In this document: piece by piece, positions 57,359 through 64,000 of the stretch
Numbering within the stretch: position 1 is the first letter of the stretch
Layout of the letters: the number at the start of each line of letters is the position of its first letter
Source of the DNA: a virus
Reading direction: 5' to 3' (one strand)
Length of the DNA stretch: 64,000 nt
IMG/VR virus record: IMGVR_UViG_3300037628_000218
Span: 29,798 to 93,797 of that record
Program-made: the position numbers and the translations under genes
Notes under the pieces: generated by a model
The model's database searches: none
The model's input: only the letters and a program-made list of their open reading frames with translations
What the model was told of the DNA's origin: nothing

Positions 57359-57610
57359 ATGAAAACACGTATTTTAAAGCAGACTACCCAAAGCGAAGAG
57401 ACCTATATAGCACAATTCATTAACCAATACGGTGAGTGGGAAAACCTCGTGTTGTGGACAAACTCCTCAGATGAGGGGATAAACCAAAATAGGTATCAAA
57501 GTGTCTACCGATGCAAAGCTGAAGAGGCTATAGACAGGCACCTAGCTATCCTTGTTACTAAGGAAGAGGTGATACAGTACCCACCTACGGTAGTTGAAGG
57601 GGGTCCCTAA
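57359..57610 (+). CDS. TRIxK-family paralog 2
   Basis: MKTRILK..YIAQ..W..AID..EVIQYPP. Confidence 0.7.
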   Translation: MKTRILKQTTQSEETYIAQFINQYGEWENLVLWTNSSDEGINQNRYQSVYRCKAEEAIDRHLAILVTKEEVIQYPPTVVEGGP

Positions 57611-57910
57611 ATGAAAACACGTATAGTAAAGGAGTATGGAGAACATGGGAGCACCTACCGCTTTAAAGCTCAGGTGCAGGTATGGGAAGACATCCCACTG
57701 GGTATAGATCTTAAGGGGCAGGATACCTACGAAACTCATAAAGAGTATAGAGCTAAGGGAGCTATAGATAGGTTACTTGCTAACAAACCTTCTAAGAAGA
57801 AGGAGGTGATAACCTACCCTGTTGCTAAGATACCTCTTGAGCTAGACGATAGTGATACTCCTAGTGCAGCTGCTGTTGCTGCATACTGGGGGCAATGCGG
57901 GAGGGGCTAA
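57611..57910 (+). CDS. TRIxK-family paralog 3
   Basis: MKTRIVK..FKAQ..W..AID..EVITYP. Confidence 0.7.
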   Translation: MKTRIVKEYGEHGSTYRFKAQVQVWEDIPLGIDLKGQDTYETHKEYRAKGAIDRLLANKPSKKKEVITYPVAKIPLELDDSDTPSAAAVAAYWGQCGRG

Positions 57911-57951
57911 CTGGGACGTACAGTCAATAATCAATTTAAAGAGGATACACT

Positions 57952-58167
57952 ATGAAAACACGTATAAAAAAGGAAACGTCCTCTCATGACGGGGCGGTAA
58001 CCTACACAGCACAATATAAAGATAATTGGGGTATGTGGGTAAACCAAGGAGTACCAAGGGAAGAATTAATTTATGCTGAGGTTGCTATCGACTTACTGTT
58101 AGGAGATAACAGACTTGCTAAGGCGGTAGTGGTTAAGACAGAGATAATAGAGTACCCTAAACTATAG
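57952..58167 (+). CDS. TRIxK-family paralog 4
   Basis: MKTRIKK..YTAQ..W..AID..EIIEYP. Confidence 0.7.
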   Translation: MKTRIKKETSSHDGAVTYTAQYKDNWGMWVNQGVPREELIYAEVAIDLLLGDNRLAKAVVVKTEIIEYPKL

Positions 58168-58176
58168 GAGGTCGAT

Positions 58177-58401
58177 GTGGAAACACGTATTTTAAAGGAA
58201 ACGTCAGCTTACAATGGGATGGTTAGCTACACAGCACAGCGTAAAAACTGTTGGGGTACGTGGGTAGACATAGGACACCAATACCCTAAGGAACGTCATG
58301 CTAAGTTTGAGATTGACGAGTTGTTAGAAAAGCATTCAGCAGTTAAGAAGGAAGTGATAGAATACCCACCTTCTAAAGGGGGTTTAGGTGAGCTGTATTA
58401 G
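58177..58401 (+). CDS. TRIxK-family paralog 5
   Basis: METRILK..YTAQ..W..EID..EVIEYPP. Confidence 0.7.
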   Translation: METRILKETSAYNGMVSYTAQRKNCWGTWVDIGHQYPKERHAKFEIDELLEKHSAVKKEVIEYPPSKGGLGELY

Positions 58402-58762
58402 TAAGAGGGGTAGATGCACATCATGCTGTGAAGCGATTCATATCCCTACTTTGGGGTGGATTGAAATTAAGAAGGGGAGAAATAAAGGCCCAGACGCTGT
58501 TAATATTAAGGAGCATTGGGTAAATATTTCTAAGCGTAGAGCTAAGAAGATCAACCCTCATATATTCAAGGAAGGGGTTGGTGATTCACATTTTCTCTCT
58601 TTAGCTAGTTTCTTTACTTGTAAACGAATAATTAAAGGGTCTGGGTGTAGTGTGAGACACTTAGACAGCCACCCAGGGACTTGTAAGAGGTATACAGGTG
58701 GCACTGAGTATAGTCCTACCTGCGAACAGGACATCAATATAATAGCTAGAAGCGGAGGATAA
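58388..58762 (+). CDS. YkgJ-like cysteine-cluster (CxxCC) protein
   Basis: GRCTSCC...FTC...GCSV...HPGTCKRY. Confidence 0.65.
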   Translation: MSCISKRGRCTSCCEAIHIPTLGWIEIKKGRNKGPDAVNIKEHWVNISKRRAKKINPHIFKEGVGDSHFLSLASFFTCKRIIKGSGCSVRHLDSHPGTCKRYTGGTEYSPTCEQDINIIARSGG

Positions 58763-58765
58763 TTC

Positions 58766-59515
58766 ATGAGTGACAGCACAGTAACATATCGACCTGAGAC
58801 ACTAGGAGTCTTAGTTAAGAAGTATGAGAAGGTCATAGCACCAGCAGATAAGCTCTTGCAGGAGGAATGGGAGAAATGGGATGAAGAGTCTGCTAAGGAA
58901 ATGAAAGAAATAGTGGATGATATTGACATTGAATTATTGAGGGCGACCTTTGAACGTGTATATAAAAAGTACGGGGAAGACAGCATTACTACTGAGATGT
59001 CTGAAGTTAACAGAAGCTTCCTCTGGTTTAACTGGGTAGAGAAAAGAGAGAAACCAGTACGTGTTCCAAAGCTGGAAAGTCTTGAGCTAAGTAACAAGAT
59101 TTTTGAAGAGTTTGAGGCAGTAACTAGTAAACTTAGTAATGTTAAATTAAACATCCAATGCTACCCCTGTTCCGATAGAAGAGAAGAAAGCTTCCACAAT
59201 AATCATATTACCTACCAAAGATTCAAACACGACAAATGTATATTACTTAGGGAGGGTATCACAGATTATTCATTGAGCGTTGTTAAGCTACCAGTATACC
59301 TAGATATAAGGGGAAGCGTACTTTCGCCTCAAGAGCCTAAGTATAAGTATTCTGTAGTTAAGCGTAATCTAGCTGAGTTAAAGGAACTAACTAAGCTACC
59401 AGATACTGACCTAATCACACTAGGCCCACAACAGGCTGAAGAGTTTGCTAAGGTTGTTAAGATGGTTGAGAAGATAGCTAGTAAGTCAGCTGAGAAGGTA
59501 TCAGGAGATGAGTGA
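58766..59515 (+). CDS. hypothetical protein
   Basis: 249-aa ORF with GGAGG RBS. Confidence 0.65.
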   Translation: MSDSTVTYRPETLGVLVKKYEKVIAPADKLLQEEWEKWDEESAKEMKEIVDDIDIELLRATFERVYKKYGEDSITTEMSEVNRSFLWFNWVEKREKPVRVPKLESLELSNKIFEEFEAVTSKLSNVKLNIQCYPCSDRREESFHNNHITYQRFKHDKCILLREGITDYSLSVVKLPVYLDIRGSVLSPQEPKYKYSVVKRNLAELKELTKLPDTDLITLGPQQAEEFAKVVKMVEKIASKSAEKVSGDE

Positions 59516-59894
59516 GATAAGAATAGTGGCTAGAGGGAAACGTCTTGACCGCTGTGCTGCGCTTTGTGGAATGCGTAGACAGCAATGGGAAACTGATAGT
59601 GAGCTAAGAGAAAGAGTGCTACTCAAAAGGATGCGTGTATACACATTCTCCTCATTTTGCTCGTCAGTAAGTAGCGAGTTTGACTTCCATGTAGACTTTC
59701 TCTTCTCCCCTCATAAGGAAACTATATACATCTTTCCTGAAGGGTGCTATGATGAACACCTATTATGGGATGCAATTAATAGGCACTCTCTTACAGGCAT
59801 AACATGTATCCTCCCTGAGGTAGAAGAACCTAAGGTAGTATATAGGAAAACTATGTATGAGAGATTTGTATCATTTATCACTAGGATGAAATAG
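59508..59894 (+). CDS. hypothetical protein with a baseplate-wedge-like GxxLD...R..ETD.ELR motif
   Basis: ARGKRLDRCAALCGMRRQQWETDSELRERV. Confidence 0.55.
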   Translation: MSEIRIVARGKRLDRCAALCGMRRQQWETDSELRERVLLKRMRVYTFSSFCSSVSSEFDFHVDFLFSPHKETIYIFPEGCYDEHLLWDAINRHSLTGITCILPEVEEPKVVYRKTMYERFVSFITRMK

Positions 59895-60116
59895 AAGACG
59901 GTTGTTTAATAATATATTAATATAGGAGGTTGTATGTCAAAAGAGAATAAGAGTATTATCCGTGTAGCGTATACTGGAGAGGAGTTGCAAGCCTTTATTA
60001 CTGCATCAATGAGTTATGTAGAGGGTATACAAATATTGCCTATTTCCCCTTTTAGGTTTAACGTGGTTACAGGAGAATACCAGTGCGACTACCTTATACT
60101 CTATAGGATATAATTT

Positions 60117-60638
60117 ATGTGTAATGTTTTCTTTATATCTGACTTACACCTAGGCCATAAGCGTATTTGTGAGTTTACTCCTAATTACAGATCAGGAGAT
60201 TGCTGTATAGAGAATATGCACAACCTGATTATCAACTGGAATAGCGTTGTTACTAGACGAGATATAGTTTGGGTATTAGGAGATGTAGCATTCACTCAAG
60301 AAGGCTTTGATGCTCTATACGAGTTAAATGGACGTAAGAAATTAGTAAGAGGTAATCATGATAATAACTTTAAGACTGAAGATTGGTTAAAGCACTTTGA
60401 GACTGTAGAAGGTATTACCCGCTATAAGGGATACTGGCTAACACATGCTCCTATTCACCCTACAGAGCTAAGAGGTAAACGGAATATTCATGGTCATGTA
60501 CACGGTAATAGCATTAGAGATGTATATGGAGAATACGACACAAGGTATATCAACGTATGTTGTGAAGCTGTTAATGAGACCCCTATACTCTTTGATGATA
60601 TACGTAGCGGGAAGTATCATGAGGTACGTAAGTGTTGA
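60117..60638 (+). CDS. calcineurin-like metallophosphoesterase
   Basis: SDLHLGH, LGD, GNHD, THAP, HGHVH. Confidence 0.9.
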   Translation: MCNVFFISDLHLGHKRICEFTPNYRSGDCCIENMHNLIINWNSVVTRRDIVWVLGDVAFTQEGFDALYELNGRKKLVRGNHDNNFKTEDWLKHFETVEGITRYKGYWLTHAPIHPTELRGKRNIHGHVHGNSIRDVYGEYDTRYINVCCEAVNETPILFDDIRSGKYHEVRKC

Positions 60639-60866
60639 TCAATAAATGTACACTTCCTCTCAGCACCTTATAATTTTTTATTTTAGGGGTACTAGGTTGG
60701 TTAGAAGGGCTTCTATAGCTCATACTGAAAATATTAAGGGGCTTGGAGGACTTTTAAAGGGGCTAGGAGCCTCTCTACGCTGTAACCTTACACTATGGGT
60801 CAACGGTAGCTCTAATACCCTCTAAGGTGGCTCTAAGGAGCTGCTAGGTGGTTGTTAGGTGCTTAC

Positions 60867-60913
60867 AGCTCCTTCTAGCTCCTCCTAGCTCCTTCTAGCT
60901 CCTCCTAGCTCCT
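60867..60913. repeat. 10-bp tandem repeat (AGCTCCTYCT)
   Basis: 4-5 copies; an inverted copy AGGAGCTAGGAGGAGCT lies at about 61405-61421. Confidence 0.85.
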
Positions 60914-61246
60914 CTCAGGGGCTTATAGTGCCTGATAACTCTTGTTAGCGTCTTCAAGCGTCTATTCCATAGTATTTAGGTATAGGTGTTTAACCCTACC
61001 ACAATTGCCCTACAAAAGTCAATAGCTTTTTAAGAATATCCTAGACTTATTAGTTATAAGCACCTAACAGAATGTTATAAGCATCCTACCAATACCCTAC
61101 CATTCTACTAGGTTATTATTAATACCTGACCAAATTAGTAGGTTATTATAAGCTCCTACCACATAGCCCTAAGCCTGTCAAGCGTCTATAATCGCTATCA
61201 TATACTAAGAGCCTTGTCAACAGTTGACAGCATGCTAACAGTATGA

Positions 61247-61331
61247 TAGGGATTTGTCAGTGGTTGACAGGGCTAAGGGGGTGTGGTAGGGATTTGTCAG
61301 TGGTTGACAGGGCTAAGGGGGTGTGGTAGGG
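61247..61331. repeat. perfect 40-bp tandem duplication containing TGTCA-N5-TGACA
   Basis: TAGGGATTTGTCAGTGGTTGACAGGGCTAAGGGGGTGTGG x2. Confidence 0.95.
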
Positions 61332-61343
61332 GCTGTTAATGCT

Positions 61344-61362
61344 AATAGGAATCATTCGCATT
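61344..61362. promoter_or_regulatory. Fur-box-like site 1
   Basis: AATAGGAATCATTCGCATT, 16/19 to the palindrome AATGAGAATCATTCTCATT. Confidence 0.5.
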
Positions 61363-61822
61363 GGAACGGGCTGCATAGGTATAGGGTGCTGACAGGGCTT
61401 GTACAGGAGCTAGGAGGAGCTATAAAGGGGCTGGTGTAAGGGTGTTGATAGGAGCTATCAAGGTGGGGGGTTTATGGGTAAAGGAAAACCCCAATTAAGG
61501 GGCTATAAGGGGCTGTCAGGGGCTTAGGAGCCTGTTATCATACTATATATAAGCCAAACAACAAACACAGTATACCACCCTATTGCTAGTGTTGCACACA
61601 TCAGTTCTACGAAATCTAGATGCTTCATATCATTCTACCTTTTAAGTTATCTATTAGTTCTTTTCAGCTCTGATACATCGCTAGCAAGCGTTATTACTGT
61701 ATCTATAATCACATTGAGGTCTGCCGTATGCTGACAGACCTTCTTTTCTAAATTAATAACAAGACTTAGTAGCACTGATACTTTAGTTCCGAGCCTTTGC
61801 AGTTCTTCGCTGTCGATTGAAT

Positions 61823-61966
61823 TCATTTTAAAGCCTCTTTAAGTTTTGGCAACACTATCGCCATGCTGTCAGTTAATTGTAGTAGCTCGTCTAGTAACGT
61901 GTCACGTGTAGCTAAAGAGGCTTTGCTAGTAAGCCTGGTGTCGAGTACTTCAGTTGTGTTGGTCAT
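61823..61966 (-). CDS. 47-aa protein sharing the C-terminal ELLQLTxSMAIVLPKL segment with 61981-62184
   Basis: manual translation; duplicated DNA. Confidence 0.55.
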   Translation of the reverse strand: MTNTTEVLDTRLTSKASLATRDTLLDELLQLTDSMAIVLPKLKEALK

Positions 61967-61980
61967 ATCAGTAGCCTCTT

Positions 61981-62184
61981 TTAAGTTAGTGTCATATTTC
62001 TTAGTTTTGGCAACACTATCGCCATGCTGACAGTCAACTGTAACAGCTCACCTACCAACATAAACCTCGTAGCCCAAGGCTTACCAGTGCAATCTTTTAT
62101 TTCTGTACAAAAGTCGTCTAGCGTAGCCTCTTTATCTAGTAGCTCTATAAATCTGAGGGTAGAAATAGTTGTTGTGTGGGGCAT
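61981..62184 (-). CDS. early hypothetical protein
   Basis: directly downstream of a promoter cassette. Confidence 0.6.
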   Translation of the reverse strand: MPHTTTISTLRFIELLDKEATLDDFCTEIKDCTGKPWATRFMLVGELLQLTVSMAIVLPKLRNMTLT

Positions 62185-62197
62185 GGTAGTGTACTCG

Positions 62198-62251
62198 CTT
62201 TGTTTAAGTTGTAGCTATCTTAACAGACTGATTAGTGCTGTCAACGTTTAT
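62198..62251 (-). promoter_or_regulatory. early promoter cassette copy 1 (54-bp direct repeat)
   Basis: TTGACA-17-TAAGAT; identical copy at 62462-62515. Confidence 0.8.
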
Positions 62252-62451
62252 TAAGTGTTTTCATACTGGTCTAAATGGTGCTGAACTTTTTTAGGTAGGT
62301 CACTGTGAACAAGATTGTTATAGGTGTACCTCACGTTCTCACCATCAATAGCCCAACGGTATGAGACCTGTATAGTCCCTTGATTATTATGGCTACTTAA
62401 GAATGCCATAAAGTTTCTTGCAGCGTCTTCTGTTTTAAATTCTGCTATCAT
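62251..62451 (-). CDS. early hypothetical protein
   Basis: bracketed by the promoter repeats; AAGGA RBS. Confidence 0.65.
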   Translation of the reverse strand: MIAEFKTEDAARNFMAFLSSHNNQGTIQVSYRWAIDGENVRYTYNNLVHSDLPKKVQHHLDQYENT

Positions 62452-62461
62452 GATCTTGTTC

Positions 62462-62515
62462 CTTTGTTTAAGTTGTAGCTATCTTAACAGACTGATTAGT
62501 GCTGTCAACGTTTAT
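62462..62515 (-). promoter_or_regulatory. early promoter cassette copy 2
   Basis: TTGACA-17-TAAGAT. Confidence 0.8.
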
Positions 62516-62520
62516 ATAAA

Positions 62521-62772
62521 TTAAAATGGAGTTCGTGGGTAATGTAATTTATAAAGTATTTTTTGACCTTTTTCTAGTTGATTCATCTCAATGCGAAGTA
62601 CTATTTTACGTAACGCACTATAAATATTATATATCTCAGTGACTTCTATAGACCATAAATTAACATTAGTAGTTTCCCAAAATCTAGTTCCTAGTATTCT
62701 ATCTAGTTTAGCTACTAAGTTATTGCGAGTAGTTTTGTAAACTTCAACTGTTGAATCTAACATTCTATACAC
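62521..62772 (-). CDS. AT-rich hypothetical protein
   Basis: 83-aa ORF; likely start MLDST. Confidence 0.5.
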   Translation of the reverse strand: MYRMLDSTVEVYKTTRNNLVAKLDRILGTRFWETTNVNLWSIEVTEIYNIYSALRKIVLRIEMNQLEKGQKILYKLHYPRTPF

Positions 62773-62968
62773 CTTTTAAGTTAAATTAATCTTGTCTCAA
62801 CTTCTGAAACTAACTATACCCTGATTATTCTGTATTTATATGACATACATCAATAAAGAGTGAATAACTTTTAAAGTTTCTTTAAATTAGCTGTAAGCTC
62901 CTGAGAGCGTGCTAGTAAGGTTTTGGTAGGTAGCTAGTAGGTTAGCTCATAATGTAATAGAACGCACT

Positions 62969-62987
62969 AATAGGAATCATTCTCAAT
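62969..62987. promoter_or_regulatory. Fur-box-like site 2
   Basis: AATAGGAATCATTCTCAAT. Confidence 0.5.
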
Positions 62988-63136
62988 CAAGTAGTGTGCC
63001 AACTTTAAGAGGATTCTGCCTAGCACGTTCTGAAGTAGCTGTCAAGGTATTAAAAACAGCTGTTAATACTTGAAAATAGTTAATAAAGTGCTTGACAATA
63101 GTTCAGAGGTGAGTATGGTCGTCTAACGTAATAGTA

Positions 63137-63257
63137 TCTTGACAGTCTCTTGACAGTCTCTTGACAGTCTCTTGACAGTCTCTTGATAGTGTCTTGATAG
63201 TGTCTTGATAGTGTCTTGATAGTGTCTTGATAGTGTCTTGATAGTGTCTTGATAGTG
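63137..63257. repeat. 11 copies of an 11-bp unit: 4 x TCTTGACAGTC then 7 x TCTTGATAGTG
   Basis: directly visible. Confidence 0.97.
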
Positions 63258-63321
63258 TGCTAATAGACTCTTGACAGTGTTCTAACAATGTTATAACTAC
63301 AGCAGTAAACCATTAGTAAAG

Positions 63322-63381
63322 TTATCCACAGTTTTATGGAGTTATCCACAGGCTAGTAGAGTTATACACAAGTTATTCACA
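63322..63381 (+). promoter_or_regulatory. cluster of four DnaA boxes
   Basis: TTATCCACA at 63322 and 63342, TTATACACA at 63362, TTATTCACA at 63373 (consensus TTATNCACA). Confidence 0.8.
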
Positions 63382-63472
63382 GGTTACTAACAATGCTAGT
63401 ATTCTAGGGGTTTTATACCCACACTTTCTACAAGGTTATAAGGAGCTAGCAGCGTTTGAAACTGTGCTAGCC

Positions 63473-63518
63473 CGTTTATCAGAAAGCTCATAAGTCGTTT
63501 ATCAGAAAGCTCGTAAGT
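63473..63518. repeat. 23-bp tandem duplication CGTTTATCAGAAAGCTCRTAAGT
   Basis: directly visible. Confidence 0.9.
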
Positions 63519-63532
63519 TGTAAAGAAACCAT

Positions 63533-63946
63533 TCAGCAATGGTTTGGTAATTTATGACAACCACTAAACATGAGGTGCCTAATCATTCCTTTATTCAGAA
63601 CGCTATTAAGCTCTGATAACTCGATACAGTCATAGAACATAAATGATGCAACGTACAACTTAGGCATATCACTAGAAAACCTAGTTAGCCCCCCACACCA
63701 GCTAAACATACTTTTAGCATATACTACACTAGATAAGTCACTGTCAAATTCTGTTATATCACTGCCCCAAAACATACCAGTTACATCAACAACCTTAGCT
63801 ATGTCTAGTTCACTAGATTTTAGTAATTCCTTAAGATGCCTGCTGCACCTGTATACACGCCTTAATGTTATTCTGTTTTCATTCGTGTTCTCTACAAAAG
63901 TACACCCGTTACTAATATACTCTTTACCGTCTGACATGAGTATCAA
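63533..63946 (-). CDS. BspA/DUF285-like repeat protein
   Basis: repeated MF..C..L motifs (GMFWGS, SMFSWC, FMFYDC, LMFSGC). Confidence 0.6.
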   Translation of the reverse strand: MILMSDGKEYISNGCTFVENTNENRITLRRVYRCSRHLKELLKSSELDIAKVVDVTGMFWGSDITEFDSDLSSVVYAKSMFSWCGGLTRFSSDMPKLYVASFMFYDCIELSELNSVLNKGMIRHLMFSGCHKLPNHC

Positions 63947-64000
63947 AAAAGACGGATTATTACGATAAGATTCTTCTACATACCCTACTAATCTAATAAA

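Noticed and set aside
63137-63257. Possible CRISPR or guide-RNA array (also the repeats at 61247 and 46898)
   Set aside because: Units are directly adjacent with no unique spacers, or occur only twice; no cas or Nop-domain gene seen.
63103-63288. 61-aa ORF with SRHYQDTIKTL repeats
   Set aside because: Translation of the 11-bp tandem array; no RBS evidence.
1-64000. Stop-codon reassignment, DGR, integrase or host chromosomal DNA
   Set aside because: Genes are full length in the standard code; no suppressor tRNA, reverse transcriptase, integrase or host housekeeping block was seen.

Overview
A 64-kb segment of a lytic myovirus genome. The virion module resembles Felixounavirus/rV5-type phages; a gammaproteobacterial host is inferred only from sigma70 promoters and DnaA/Fur-like boxes. 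From 1 to 46.8 kb everything is on the minus strand: (i) an RNA/tRNA module with RNA ligase 2, YqeY, tRNA-Arg, a tRNA-like RNA and an RlmN/Cfr-type radical SAM methyltransferase; (ii) a class II ribonucleotide reductase split by both a group I intron and a mini-intein, a thioredoxin-like protein, dCMP deaminase, the Prs-like/NAMPT-like pair matching the NARP1 NAD+ reconstitution pathway, DNA ligase and an SPFH protein; (iii) lysis genes and a complete contractile-tail and head module; (iv) a terminase large subunit split inside its Walker A motif by a 1466-nt group I intron encoding two homing-endonuclease-family proteins, followed by a tRNA cluster. The strand switches at a repeat-rich region near 47 kb. 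From 47.4 to 60.6 kb a plus-strand accessory region holds an M15 endolysin, SLOG, nucleotidyltransferase and phosphoesterase genes and several tandem paralog arrays. From 60.6 to 64 kb the sequence is mostly non-coding and packed with repeats, promoter-like elements, Fur-like boxes and DnaA boxes. Most novel signals: the terminase intron, whose intact LAGLIDADG ORF has both catalytic Asp residues replaced by Asn next to an intact GIY-YIG; the RlmN/Rnl2/YqeY/tRNA-mimic module; two CCA-ended non-cloverleaf RNAs; a prepilin-like microprotein; and diversified paralog arrays. All calls come from motif recognition by eye; no database searches were run.
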